A stretch of DNA of 64,000 nt from Candidatus Marinacidobacterium sp. (GCA_965204755.1 OZ242011.1:3360001-3424000); one strand, 5' to 3'; numbered from the stretch's first letter, positions 47,640-58,366 are shown. Notes: a model not told the origin generated them from the sequence alone. Made by a program: numbers and translations.

Positions 47640-50600
47640 ATGTCTCCCGCCGACCCCGTCCCCCTCGACTACCCGGAGCGGGTGCGCGCCGTGCGGCGGC
47701 GGCTGGGGCTGACGCAGACCGAACTGGCCGAGCGGGTGGGCGTCTCCTTCGCCACCGTCAACCGCTGGGAGAACCGCCACACCCGGCCCGCCCGCGTGGC
47801 GTGGAGGCAGGTCGCGAGCCTCGAAGCCGAAGCTGCCGAACGGGAGTGGATGGTCCGCGAGCCGACCGCCGAGGAGTCGATGGTGGACTTCTCCTCCGAG
47901 CCGGAGGTGGTCACCGCGGTCGCGGAAGCCGAGCGGCTGTCGCACGGCTACCTCTCGAATCCGGCGTTCGCGGCGGAGATCTCGTCCGTGGACCCCTTGC
48001 CGCACCAGCGCGTCGCCGTGTACGAGCGGATGTTGAAGCAGCGGCCCCTGCGGTTCCTGCTCGCCGACGACGCGGGCGCCGGCAAGACGATCATGACGGG
48101 CCTCTACCTCCGGGAGGTCTTCGCCCGCCGCCTGGTGAAGCGCGTGCTCATCGTCCCGCCGGCCGGGCTCGTCGGGAACTGGGAGCGCGAGATGCGCGCG
48201 CTGTTCCGGCTCGGCTTCCGCATCCTCGGGCGCGCCGGCGAGCGCCCGGAAAACCCGTTCGTCGGCCCCGAGAGCGACCTGTTGATCGCCGGCGTGGACA
48301 CCCTCGCGGGCGAAGGCGTCTTCGGCAAACTGCGGGACGCGGTCGGCGAAGGCGCCGCCGAGCCGTACGACCTGGTGGTGTTCGACGAGGCGCACAAACT
48401 CTCGGTGAGCCGCGAGGGCGGTTTCCGGGAACGGCGAACGGCCCGCTACGGTCTGGCCGCCGCGCTCGCCGGGCTTCCCGGCGGCGGCCCCCGCTGGCGC
48501 CTCGGCTGGTCGGCGGCGAACCTGCTCCTGCTCACCGCCACCCCGCACATGGGGAAGGACTACCCCTACTACGGCCTCTGGCGGCTGCTCGCGCCGCACG
48601 CCCTGCCGAGCATGGACGCCTTCCCGGACTTCACGCGGGCGGAGAAGGATCGCTTCTTCATCCGCCGCACGAAGGAAGAGATGGTGCGCTTCGACGGCCG
48701 CCCGCTCTATCCGCAGCGGCGCTGCGACACGCTCAGTTACCGCCTCAGTCCGCCGGAGCAGGATCTCTACGACGGGACGACGAAGTACATCGAGGAAGCG
48801 TACAACCGCGCGGCGGGTCTGAACCGGGGGGCGGCGCAGTTGGCGATGACCGTCTTCCAGCGCCGGCTGGCGAGTTCGACCCATGCGCTCATGCGTTCCT
48901 TCGAGCGGCGCATCGAGAAACTGGCCCACGCGGTCGCTCTCGTCCAGGCCGGACGACTGGAGGAACTGGAGGCTCGTCAGCGGCGTCTCGGCCAGACGGA
49001 CGACTACTTCGACTCGCATACGGCGGACGAAGACGCGGACGGGGACGGCGAGGCATCGGCCCGCTTCGAGGAGGACGCGCTCGGCGGGCTGATTGCCCTG
49101 AGCCTTGCCGACCTCCGTGAGGAGCGGACGCGAGTGGCCGATCTGCTCGAGCAGGCCCGCGCGCTGGCGAGCCGGGGGAAGGACGCCAAACTCGAGCGGC
49201 TCACCGAAGTGTTGCGCGATCCCCGCTACCGGGGCGAGAAGGTCATCGTGTTCACGGAACACCGCGACACGGCGGACTTCCTGGTGGGACGGCTCGAGGG
49301 TATGGGTTTCACCGGCCAGGTGGCGACGATCCACGGCGGGCTGGACTACCGGGAGCGCGAGCGCCAGGTGGAGTTCTTCCGCCGTTCTTCCGCGGACGGG
49401 GGCGCGTGCTACCTGGTCGCGACGGACGCGGCCGGCGAGGGAATCAACCTCCAGTTCTGCTGGCTGATGATCAACTACGATGTTCCGTGGAACCCGGCGC
49501 GTCTCGAGCAGCGCATGGGACGGATCCACCGTTACGGCCAGAAGCGGGATCCGGTCGTCATCGTCAACCTGATCGCCGGCGAAACCCGCGAGGGCAGGGT
49601 CGTCGGCGCGCTTCTCGAGAAACTCGAGCGCATTCGCGAGCGGTTGGGTTCGGACAAGGTCTTCGATGTCGTCGGACGGCTGTTTCGCGGTTGCTCGCTT
49701 CGCTCGTACCTGCAGCGGGCGGTCACCGACGAAGGCGCCGAAGAAGCGATCACCGAGATCGACGGCGTCCTCGCCGAGGAGCGCGTCCGGGCCGAGGAAG
49801 AGCGCGAACGATCGCTGTTCGGCGCCGGAGATGTCGCGGCCCGACTGCCCGCCCTGGAGGAGTCGCTCGAACGGGAGCGGTTTCGACGGCTCCTGCCCGG
49901 CTATGTGCGCCGATTCGTCCAGTCCGCCGCGCCGCTCCTCGACCTGCGGATCACCGGTGACCTGGACTCCGGCTTCGGTTTCGACCCCATGCGGGCCGGC
50001 GCCGGCGACTTCCTGTTCCGCGCCGTCGGCTTCTACCCGATCGCGAACCGGGCTTCGTTCTCGGTCCGCCGCCCCGGGGAGGGCGAGGAGGCGACCTGGA
50101 TGCACCCCGGCGAGCCGGTGTTCGAGGCGTTCTGCTCCTGTCTCCGTTCGCGGTACCGACCCCACGCCCTGCAAGGAGCCATCTTCCTCGATCCCGCGGC
50201 CACGGAGCCCTACCTGTTCCATCTCGCCGGCCTGTCGGTCCGGCGCCGCCGGCCGGCGCGGCGGTCGTTCGACCGCGCCGCCTCCGCCGAGGGCGAACGC
50301 GCCCGCTTCGACATCGTGGAGCGGCGCCTGGTCGGGGTCCGACAGGACAACGAGGGGCAGGTGGCCAAGATGGCCGTCGAGCATCTCCTCCTTCTCCAGG
50401 GGGCGGGGGACGCGCTCCCCGGCGCCGTCGCGGTCGCCCGCCGCGCCCGGACGCTGGTCGCCGAGGCGGAGGAGTGGCTTCGCGCGGAGGAACTGGCGGG
50501 TCTCGTCGCCGACTGGCGGAGCGACGCCGAGCGCGCGGCCGAGGGCGAACTCGCGTGGGTCAACCGGGGCTTCGACTACCGGATGGCCGATCTCGTGGCC

Positions 50601-51281
50601 GAGCGCCAGCGGGCGCGCCGGGCCGCGCGGAACGGCGAGCCGGACGCCGAGGAGCGGCTGGCCGAGGTGAAGGAGGAGCAGCGCCGCTTCCACGAACGGC
50701 GGGAGCGCCGGCTGGCCCGCCTGCGCGGGGAGCCGGCGCTGATCGAGCCGGGGGAGGTGGAAATGCTGGCCCATGCCCTCGTGCTGCCGACGCGCGACCC
50801 GGAGAGCGAGCGCCGCCTCGAGGCGGAGGTCGAGCGGGTCGCGATGCGGGTGGCGGCGGCCCACGAGGAGGCCGAAGGCCGGACCGTCCACGATGTGAGC
50901 CGACCGGAACTCGCCCGCCGCGTCGGTCTTCCGGACTGGCCCGGCTTCGACCTCCATTCGGCGGGGCCGGGCCGGGCGAACGGGCCGGCCGACATCCGGG
51001 GCATCGAGGTCAAGGGGCGCGCCGGCGCCGAGGGGGTGCAGATCTCCGAGAACGAGTGGGCGCGGGCCTGCAACCTGCGGGACCGGTACTGGATCTACGC
51101 CGTCCTCGACTGCGCGACGCCGCGCCCGCGCCTCATCCGCGTTCGGGATCCCTTCGGGAAACTCCTGGCCCGACGCCGCGAGTCCGTCGCGGTCTCCGTG
51201 GCGGACCTGTTGCAGGCCGCGGAACCGGAGAGCGGCGTCGGGACGGCGGCGGGGCGGGGGCCGGACGGAGGGGGACGATGA
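47640..51281 (+). CDS. Xre-HTH + SNF2-family helicase + C-terminal DUF3883 (PD-(D/E)xK-like) domain
   Basis: LTQTELAERVGVSFATVNRWE; PLPHQ, LLADDAGAGKT, DEAH, TATP, DAAGEGINLQ, PWNPARLEQRMGRIHR; GFDLHS..IEVKG..SENEW. Confidence 0.9.
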   Translation: MSPADPVPLDYPERVRAVRRRLGLTQTELAERVGVSFATVNRWENRHTRPARVAWRQVASLEAEAAEREWMVREPTAEESMVDFSSEPEVVTAVAEAERLSHGYLSNPAFAAEISSVDPLPHQRVAVYERMLKQRPLRFLLADDAGAGKTIMTGLYLREVFARRLVKRVLIVPPAGLVGNWEREMRALFRLGFRILGRAGERPENPFVGPESDLLIAGVDTLAGEGVFGKLRDAVGEGAAEPYDLVVFDEAHKLSVSREGGFRERRTARYGLAAALAGLPGGGPRWRLGWSAANLLLLTATPHMGKDYPYYGLWRLLAPHALPSMDAFPDFTRAEKDRFFIRRTKEEMVRFDGRPLYPQRRCDTLSYRLSPPEQDLYDGTTKYIEEAYNRAAGLNRGAAQLAMTVFQRRLASSTHALMRSFERRIEKLAHAVALVQAGRLEELEARQRRLGQTDDYFDSHTADEDADGDGEASARFEEDALGGLIALSLADLREERTRVADLLEQARALASRGKDAKLERLTEVLRDPRYRGEKVIVFTEHRDTADFLVGRLEGMGFTGQVATIHGGLDYRERERQVEFFRRSSADGGACYLVATDAAGEGINLQFCWLMINYDVPWNPARLEQRMGRIHRYGQKRDPVVIVNLIAGETREGRVVGALLEKLERIRERLGSDKVFDVVGRLFRGCSLRSYLQRAVTDEGAEEAITEIDGVLAEERVRAEEERERSLFGAGDVAARLPALEESLERERFRRLLPGYVRRFVQSAAPLLDLRITGDLDSGFGFDPMRAGAGDFLFRAVGFYPIANRASFSVRRPGEGEEATWMHPGEPVFEAFCSCLRSRYRPHALQGAIFLDPAATEPYLFHLAGLSVRRRRPARRSFDRAASAEGERARFDIVERRLVGVRQDNEGQVAKMAVEHLLLLQGAGDALPGAVAVARRARTLVAEAEEWLRAEELAGLVADWRSDAERAAEGELAWVNRGFDYRMADLVAERQRARRAARNGEPDAEERLAEVKEEQRRFHERRERRLARLRGEPALIEPGEVEMLAHALVLPTRDPESERRLEAEVERVAMRVAAAHEEAEGRTVHDVSRPELARRVGLPDWPGFDLHSAGPGRANGPADIRGIEVKGRAGAEGVQISENEWARACNLRDRYWIYAVLDCATPRPRLIRVRDPFGKLLARRRESVAVSVADLLQAAEPESGVGTAAGRGPDGGGR

Positions 51282-52930
51282 GACTGACGCGGGTGGAGAT
51301 CGAGAACTTCCGCTGCATCGAGCGGATCTCCGTGGATCTGGACGAGACCACGGTCCTCATCGGCGAGAACAACTCCGGCAAGACCGCCTTCCTGGATGCG
51401 GTCCGCCTCTGTCTGGACCCGCCCTTCGGACGGAAACGGCGGCCGTTCGAAGAGTACGACTATCGGCTCTCCGAAGGGAAGGCGTCCCCGGCCGAGGCGC
51501 CGCCGATTCGGATCGAGTTGGTCTTCGCGGAGGGATTCCCCAAGGAATGGCCGGAGGATGTGCGCCAGGATTTCCGGGAGGTCATCGATCGGGACCCGGA
51601 GGAGCGCGGCGTGATCCGACTGCGCGTGACCGCGTCGTTCCCTTCGGACACGGAGTGGGAGTTCCTCACGGAGATGGAAGGACCGACCGAACGGCCCGCG
51701 TTCTTGGAACGCATCCGGCGCTTGGCGCCGGTGAACTATCTTTCGGCTCTTCGGGATGCCGAGAAGAACTTCGCATCCCGCGGCCGCTATTGGCGGGACT
51801 TTCTCGACGAGACCGGAATCCCGACCGAGGAGCGGGCCGGCCTGGAACGGGAACTCCACGAGGTCAACACGCGGATCGTAGCGCAGCACCAGCCGTTGGC
51901 GAGCGTACGAGAACAACTCGAGGTCGTGAGGAAGGTGCTCGACTTCGCCGCAGCAGATGCCGTCAGTGTGGATGCACTGCCGACCAAACTCTTTGCCCTC
52001 TTGTCGGGCGCGCAAGTGAGTTTGGCCTCGCGTTCGGGCGCTCGCATCCCCGTGACGCGCCAAGGACAAGGAACGCAGAGTCTCGCCGTACTTGCGCTGT
52101 TCGCCGCCTTCTTGGGCAGTCGCCGCGCCGCGGGGCAGCCGGAGGCAGTCCCGATTACGGCTCTCGAAGAACCGGAAGCGCACCTCCATCCGGCCGCCGT
52201 GCGCGCGCTGATGCGCATCGTGGACGAGATACCGGGGCAGAAGTTGATCGCGACGCACAGCGGGGACCTCATGGCCCAGGTCTCGACGACACAGATCCGC
52301 CGGTTCGCGCCCGAGGGTTCCGGTGTCGCGGTTCACCGAATCGCGAAGGACAGCCTGAGTCGGGAGGAAGCCGGGAAATTCGACTTCCATGTGAAGCGTG
52401 TGCGCGGCGAACTGCTCTTCGCCCGTTGCTGGCTCCTCGTGGAGGGCGAGACGGAGGAAACCCTCTTTGCGGGAGCCGCGAGGGTGATGGACCGCGACCT
52501 GGACCGAGCCGGCGTTCGCCTGGTGAAGATCACCGGCGCCGGGCCGGAAATGTTCGTGAAGGCGGCGGAGGCGCTGGGGATCCGCTGGCGATGCGTGGTC
52601 GATGACGACGATGCGGGTCGACGCTATCGGAGATCCATCGCCAAAGTGGTGGGGCAGGAAGCGGCAGCGCGCCGGGTGTCTTCGCCGTATGTTTCACCGG
52701 AAGAGTGCTTGCTCGACGGGGGTTTCGACGAACTCTACGAGCGGCGCCCCACGGTCGGTGATCGGCCGCCGTCGGTGCGACCGCAGTCACTCAAGACCGT
52801 CCCGAAGCGCGGGACGAAGCCGGCGGCTGCGGCGGAGGCAGTGGAGTTGATCGAAGCGGACCCCGATCGGCTTCCGGCGGCGATTCGCGATATCGTTAGC
52901 GATGTCTTGGCCGTGGCGGGAGAAGTGTGA
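51278..52930 (+). CDS. OLD-family ATP-dependent endonuclease (GajA-like)
   Basis: IENFRCI, GENNSGKT, GQGTQ, LEEPEAHLHP, ATHS; TOPRIM LLVEGETE and VDDD; ATGA overlap with the helicase gene. Confidence 0.87.
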   Translation: MRLTRVEIENFRCIERISVDLDETTVLIGENNSGKTAFLDAVRLCLDPPFGRKRRPFEEYDYRLSEGKASPAEAPPIRIELVFAEGFPKEWPEDVRQDFREVIDRDPEERGVIRLRVTASFPSDTEWEFLTEMEGPTERPAFLERIRRLAPVNYLSALRDAEKNFASRGRYWRDFLDETGIPTEERAGLERELHEVNTRIVAQHQPLASVREQLEVVRKVLDFAAADAVSVDALPTKLFALLSGAQVSLASRSGARIPVTRQGQGTQSLAVLALFAAFLGSRRAAGQPEAVPITALEEPEAHLHPAAVRALMRIVDEIPGQKLIATHSGDLMAQVSTTQIRRFAPEGSGVAVHRIAKDSLSREEAGKFDFHVKRVRGELLFARCWLLVEGETEETLFAGAARVMDRDLDRAGVRLVKITGAGPEMFVKAAEALGIRWRCVVDDDDAGRRYRRSIAKVVGQEAAARRVSSPYVSPEECLLDGGFDELYERRPTVGDRPPSVRPQSLKTVPKRGTKPAAAAEAVELIEADPDRLPAAIRDIVSDVLAVAGEV

Positions 52931-54882
52931 TGGTGGATGTCGACGACCTGAACGGCAATCAGCAGGTGGCGGCGGCTTGGGGCGAGGGGCCGCTGCTCGT
53001 CCTGGCCGGGCCGGGGGCCGGCAAGACTTCGGTGTTGACACTGCGCGTGGTTCGCCTCATCCGGGAGACGCCCAAGAAGAGATTCCGCGTCCTCGGGCTG
53101 ACCTTCACGAACAAGGCCGCCGACGAGATGCGGCGGCGGGTGCGACGGCGGCTCCGCCGGGATGCCGAACGCACCGACCTTACGACCTTTCACTCGTTTG
53201 CGATCACCGTACTCAGACAGCACGGCGGCCGCATGGGACTCCATCCCGATCTCGCGGTGCTGGCGGACGACCGGGATCGCCTGGCGCTCCTCCGGAAGGC
53301 CGTCGAACGCGTGGGGGCGAGCGGCCCGCCGGATTGGTCAGAAGCGGGACTCCTCCGCAAGTTGGACTCTTGGATGGCCAGCGGGGAGGATGTCACGGAG
53401 ATCGCGGCGCCCGACCGGGAAGCGTGGATTCGTCCGGTGTACGGCGCCTATCTCGACCTGCTCATGGAGCGGAACAGTCTGGACTTCCCGGCGTCCCTGA
53501 TCCTGTGTCGGCGACTCTTCCGCGAGCGGCCGATATTCGCCGAGGACCAACGAGTCGTCTATCCGTACGCCTGCGTGGACGGGTACCAGGACACGAACCG
53601 CGCCCAGGACCGGCTCCTCCGGGACATCTACCCGGACCGCGACGCCAACCTGTTCGTGGTGGCGGACGACGACCAGACGATCTACGAGTGGAACGGCGCC
53701 ACTCCGACGCGGCTTCGCGCGCTCCGGGATTACTACGGAATGAGGGTTCTCCAACTGCCGAGGAGTTTTCGGTGTCCGTCGGCGGTGACCGGCCGCGCGA
53801 ACCGCCTGATGGGGCGCGACCGCGAGCGGCTGTTCGAGAAGGAGCCGCCGGAGTCGGCGGCGCCGACGGACGCCGGAGAAGTCTTGCGGGCGTTGAAGTT
53901 CGCCGACGAGGGCGAGGAGGCCCGGTGGATCGCGGGGGACATCGCCGCGAGGCCGGAACCGGGGCGGTGCGCGGTGTTGGCGCGGACGCACCGGTTGTTG
54001 GATGCGGCGGCGAAGGCGCTCGAAGCCGCGGGAATCGCCTGCCAGGTTACCGAAGTGAAGAGGGAGTTCGAGTCACCGCTGGTCGTGTTCGTCCACGCCG
54101 TGCTGCGGCTGGCCAACGCGCCGACCCACCGGGAACACTTCGCGACGGTTTGCCGGGCTTACCGGGACCTGACCGGCGTGGACCTCGGGCCGGAAGAGGT
54201 GGAGGCCGAGAGCGCGCTCACCGGGCGGCCCCTCTTGGTGGGATTTGCGGAAGTGGCCGCGTCGCGGGCCGTGAACGGGCAGCCGTCGCTGGTCGCCGCC
54301 GTGCGAGAACATGTCCTGGAGGTCCTCGACTACCGGAAGTTCGTTGCCGCGGCTTTCGAGTGGACCGGTGGCGGCGAAGACCGGCTGCTGGCCGGCCGGG
54401 ACGAGACGAACCAGGGGTGGGAGATCCGGGCGTGGCGCGATCTCGGGCGGCAGATCCGGGGAGCGGTCGGGGACCGGCCGTCCCTGCGGCGATTCCTCGA
54501 AGAGATGGACGGGAGGCCGAAGAGCCGTCCGGCCGGCGAGAACGAGGTCCGCTGCCTGACGATCCACGGAGCGAAGGGGCTGGAGTTCGAGCATGTCTAT
54601 GTCGCCGGCCTGGCGCAGGGCGAACTCCCCTCGTATCGGGCCGTCCGGCGGGGCGGGGAGGCGATCCGGGAGGAACGCCGCGCCTGCTTCGTGGCCATCA
54701 CGCGGGCGGCGGGCAGCCTTACGCTGACGCACGCGGATTCGTACTTCGGTTGGCGGAGGGAGCCGTCGCAGTTCCTGGCCGAGATGGAGGTAGAGACGGT
54801 GAACGGGAGTACGCCGCTTGTCGAAAGCCGCGACGGGCTCTCGGAAGCGCTCCCCGAACATCGAGTCGCCGAAGGGGCGTGA
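52927..54882 (+). CDS. UvrD/Rep-family helicase (GajB-like), Walker B DGYQD
   Basis: AGPGAGKT, LTFTNKAA, TFHSF, DGYQD, DDDQTIY, SFRC, TIHGAKGLEF, EERR.CFVAITRA; GTGA overlap. Confidence 0.88.
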   Translation: MMVDVDDLNGNQQVAAAWGEGPLLVLAGPGAGKTSVLTLRVVRLIRETPKKRFRVLGLTFTNKAADEMRRRVRRRLRRDAERTDLTTFHSFAITVLRQHGGRMGLHPDLAVLADDRDRLALLRKAVERVGASGPPDWSEAGLLRKLDSWMASGEDVTEIAAPDREAWIRPVYGAYLDLLMERNSLDFPASLILCRRLFRERPIFAEDQRVVYPYACVDGYQDTNRAQDRLLRDIYPDRDANLFVVADDDQTIYEWNGATPTRLRALRDYYGMRVLQLPRSFRCPSAVTGRANRLMGRDRERLFEKEPPESAAPTDAGEVLRALKFADEGEEARWIAGDIAARPEPGRCAVLARTHRLLDAAAKALEAAGIACQVTEVKREFESPLVVFVHAVLRLANAPTHREHFATVCRAYRDLTGVDLGPEEVEAESALTGRPLLVGFAEVAASRAVNGQPSLVAAVREHVLEVLDYRKFVAAAFEWTGGGEDRLLAGRDETNQGWEIRAWRDLGRQIRGAVGDRPSLRRFLEEMDGRPKSRPAGENEVRCLTIHGAKGLEFEHVYVAGLAQGELPSYRAVRRGGEAIREERRACFVAITRAAGSLTLTHADSYFGWRREPSQFLAEMEVETVNGSTPLVESRDGLSEALPEHRVAEGA

Positions 54883-54959
54883 AGGCGTCCTTCGGAGATG
54901 ACCGTGAGCGCTGATCCGGAAGGGACTCTCGGCGCGCCGGTCGGTCGAGGTGTCGCGGC

Positions 54960-57900
54960 ATGACGACGCCGAAGCGACTGATCGAAGTGGGGTTTCCGCT
55001 GGAAGCGGTGTCGCTGGATTCGGCTCATGAGAAGAATGTGCGGCATGGGCACTTGTCCACGCTGCACATCTGGCCGGCGCGGAGGCCGCTGGCGGCGTGT
55101 CGGGCGGCGTTGATCGGGGCGCTGCTGCCGGATCCCGGGAGCGAGAGGAAGCGGCGGGATCTCCATGCGCGGATGGCGGGTGCGGTGATGACCGACCGCC
55201 GGGACGAAGTTTCCGGGGGGCGGCGGGTATCCGCGCCGAAGCGCGTTACCGTGGGCGGGATCCTGCACTGGGGGCGGGAAGCGGACGAGGGGATCGAGCA
55301 GTTTCGGGCCGACATTCGCCGGGCCTTCGGGGGGCGGGCGCCGCGCGTGCTGGATCCGTTCGCCGGGGGCGGGGCGATACCGCTGGAGGCGATGCGGCTC
55401 GGGTGCGAGGTCGAGGCGGCGGACATCAACCCGGTGGCGTGGTTCCTTCTCCGGTGCGCGCTGGAGTACCCGCAGCGGCTCGCGGGGAAGACGAGGCCGC
55501 TGCCTCGTTTCGCGCGGTCCGACCGGGAGTTCATGGGCGAGTATTGGAAGAGCCGGGGGTATCGGCGGGGCGAGATCGCGTCGAGGCTGGACGCGATGGA
55601 GGCCGAGGGGACCGCGGACAGTCGCGGGGAGGCGAGGCGGATGTTTCCGCTCGAGGAGGCCGTCGACGGGAACTTGGCTTGGCAAGTTCGGGCGTGGAGC
55701 CGGCGGGTGCTCACGGGGGCGCGGAGGCGGCTCGCCGCGCGCTATCCGGTCTATGCCGAGTTCGTTCCGCTGCGGAGGGGAGACCGGCCGTACGAGGAAC
55801 GGGCACCGCGCCGCCTCGCGCCCGATGCGGAGGGGAGGGTGACGGTGGATACGCTGAACGAGGGACTCGACGGCCGCTACCTGGCGGACCGCGAGAATCC
55901 GCGGTGGGTGGCGAAGCCGGCGGCGGCGTACCTCTGGGCGCGGACGGTGGAATGCAAGCGGTGCCGCGCGGAACTGCCGCTGTTGAAGACCCGCTGGCTG
56001 TGCCGCCGTCCGGGGAAGCGCGTCCTGTTGACGATGGCGCCGAACGGGACCGGTACCGGTGTGGTGTTCGGTGTCGAGGAGGGGGTCGAGGCGGCGTCCG
56101 CGAAGGCGGCCGGGACCGGGGAGGGGACGACCAGCCGCACCGGCGCGCGCTGCCCGTGCTGTTCGAACATCATGGCGATGGAAGACCTCCGGATCGAGGG
56201 GCGCGCCGGACGGATGGGCGCGGTGATGACCGCCGTCGTCGTGGATGGGCCCTCCGGCAAGGAGTACCGGAGGCCCCGGGCGGAGGAAATCCAAGCGGCG
56301 ACCGTCGAGGACACGGAACTCGCGGCGCTCTACGAGGACATCCCGTTCGGCCCTCCCGACGAGCCGACTCCGAGCAAAGAGAGCCTCGGAGTCAACATTC
56401 CGCTGTACGGCTTCGACACCTGGCGCACGGTGTTCGGGAGCCGGCAACTGCTGGCGATGGGCGCCTTCGTGAGGGAGGTCCGCGCGTGTCGTGGAGAACT
56501 GGCTGACGATCCCCGATGGTGGCGGGAAGCGATCTCGGCGTACTTGTCATGTGTCGTGAGCAAACTGGCCGACTACAGCAGCGCCTTGTGTTCTTGGGAC
56601 AATGGCCGCGAAACCTTGAGGGACACTTTCGCGCGCTTTGCGTTCCCCATGGTCTGGGACTATTGCGAAGTGAACCCGTTGGCGACAGGAACCGGCGGTT
56701 TTTCGCGTATGGCGGAATGGGTGAGCCGCTATCTGGAACACGCGGACACCGCAACTGCGGGAGCGGGCAGGCCGAAGATCCAGGCTCGCAGCGCGTTGTC
56801 GGCGCCTTCCGGCCAGTTCGATCTGATATGCACGGATCCTCCGTACTACGACGCCATCCCGTACTCGGACTTGATGGACTTCTTTCATGTCTGGTTGCGC
56901 CGGGCCCTCCACGGCCTTTCCCCGGAGATGGACGAGGCGTTCGCGCCGGCGCTCGGCCCCAAGTGGAGCGAGCCCTCGGGTGACGGCGAACTCATCGACG
57001 AGTCGGCGCGGTTCGGGGGAGACCGGGAACGGTCGAAGCGGAACTACGAAGACGGAATGGAGCGGGCGTTCTCGCGGTGCCGGGATGCCCTGAGCGACGA
57101 GGGGCGGCTCGTCGTCGTGTTCGCCAACAAGCAGCCGGACGCCTGGGAGACGCTCGTCGCGGCGCTGATCCGCTCCGGTTTCGTGGTGACCGGCTCGTGG
57201 CCCATCCGGACCGAGATGCAGACGCGGCAGCGGTCCCTGGGTTCGGCGGCGCTCTCGTCTTCCGTGTGGCTCGTGTGCCGGAAGAGGCCGCCGAAGGCGG
57301 CGCCCGGCTGGGACAGGAAGGTGCTCGCCGAGATGCGGGAGAGCATCAAGACTCGGCTCCGGGTCTTCTGGGACGCCGGGCTGCGAGGCCCGGACTTCGT
57401 TTGGGCGGCGACGGGCCCGGCCCTCGAAGCGTTCTCCGGGCATCCCGTCGTGAAGCGCGTCGCCGCGCGTCGGGCCGGCGCGTCGGCGACTCTCGGAGTC
57501 GCCGAGTTCCTGAGGGAAGTGCGCCGGATGGTGGTGGACTTCGTGGTGAGGCGGGTCCTGACGGCGGACGAGTCCGGCGATGAAAGTCGCCGGACCGGCG
57601 TCCGCGAGCCGTCCTCGTCGGGGACGGAGACGAACGAAGGCGCCGTCGCCGGCCTGGACGATGTAACCACCTACTACCTGCTGCACCGCCAGGACTACGG
57701 GCTGGAGTCCGTGCCGGTGGGTGCTTCGATCCTCTATGCGCAGTCGTGCGGCATACCGGACCGGGACCTGTCCGGGACCCTCGACCTGCTCGAGACGGGG
57801 AAGGGCAAAGGGTCGGGCCGCGGCGACGAGGCGGCGGACGAGGGCGAAGCCGGCGCGAGCGGCGAGCCGGACGCGGGCGGGACCGAAAGCGCGGGCGCCG

Positions 57901-58220
57901 GAGGAACGGCGCGGCTCAAGGCGTGGAACCGGCGCGCGCTGAAGCCGCTCCGCGAGGAGCGGGCGGACGACCGCCCGACGCCGCTGATCGATCACGCCCA
58001 CCGCCTGATGGGGCTCTGGAGCGCCGGTAACGAGGCGAAGGTGAACGAGTACCTCCACCGCCGCGGCCTGCTGCGGAACTCGTTGTTTCCGCGAGTGCTG
58101 CAGGCGCTCGTGGAACTCGCTCCGGCGGAGTCCGAGGAACGGCGACTTCTCGAGTCGGTGGCCCGGCAGGTGGCCGCCGAGGCCGGCGGCGCCGTGAACC
58201 CGGACCTCGGCGCCGAATGA
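54960..58220 (+). CDS. DUF1156 family adenine-specific DNA methyltransferase with zinc ribbon
   Basis: KRLIEV, LHIWPARRPLAACRA, DPFAGGG.IPLEA, CKRC..CPCC, TDPPYYD.IPYSDL, SWPIRTE. Confidence 0.88.
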   Translation: MTTPKRLIEVGFPLEAVSLDSAHEKNVRHGHLSTLHIWPARRPLAACRAALIGALLPDPGSERKRRDLHARMAGAVMTDRRDEVSGGRRVSAPKRVTVGGILHWGREADEGIEQFRADIRRAFGGRAPRVLDPFAGGGAIPLEAMRLGCEVEAADINPVAWFLLRCALEYPQRLAGKTRPLPRFARSDREFMGEYWKSRGYRRGEIASRLDAMEAEGTADSRGEARRMFPLEEAVDGNLAWQVRAWSRRVLTGARRRLAARYPVYAEFVPLRRGDRPYEERAPRRLAPDAEGRVTVDTLNEGLDGRYLADRENPRWVAKPAAAYLWARTVECKRCRAELPLLKTRWLCRRPGKRVLLTMAPNGTGTGVVFGVEEGVEAASAKAAGTGEGTTSRTGARCPCCSNIMAMEDLRIEGRAGRMGAVMTAVVVDGPSGKEYRRPRAEEIQAATVEDTELAALYEDIPFGPPDEPTPSKESLGVNIPLYGFDTWRTVFGSRQLLAMGAFVREVRACRGELADDPRWWREAISAYLSCVVSKLADYSSALCSWDNGRETLRDTFARFAFPMVWDYCEVNPLATGTGGFSRMAEWVSRYLEHADTATAGAGRPKIQARSALSAPSGQFDLICTDPPYYDAIPYSDLMDFFHVWLRRALHGLSPEMDEAFAPALGPKWSEPSGDGELIDESARFGGDRERSKRNYEDGMERAFSRCRDALSDEGRLVVVFANKQPDAWETLVAALIRSGFVVTGSWPIRTEMQTRQRSLGSAALSSSVWLVCRKRPPKAAPGWDRKVLAEMRESIKTRLRVFWDAGLRGPDFVWAATGPALEAFSGHPVVKRVAARRAGASATLGVAEFLREVRRMVVDFVVRRVLTADESGDESRRTGVREPSSSGTETNEGAVAGLDDVTTYYLLHRQDYGLESVPVGASILYAQSCGIPDRDLSGTLDLLETGKGKGSGRGDEAADEGEAGASGEPDAGGTESAGAGGTARLKAWNRRALKPLREERADDRPTPLIDHAHRLMGLWSAGNEAKVNEYLHRRGLLRNSLFPRVLQALVELAPAESEERRLLESVARQVAAEAGGAVNPDLGAE

Positions 58221-58366
58221 TCCTGCGGCTTCTCCCGAATCGCCCCGGTCCCCCGACCGGGAATCGGCCCGGCGCCCCCGGCGGGGGCATACTCCCCGCC
58301 GGACGCGGCCCTCTCGCTCGGAGGAAACCATACCGGGCGATCTGAAGAAGGAACGAAACCCGAACC

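Noticed and set aside
47544-50957. Long antisense ORFs (also 35264..38917, 22229..25477, 57992..60103)
   Set aside because: Shadow ORFs opposite well-supported genes, with no recognisable motifs.
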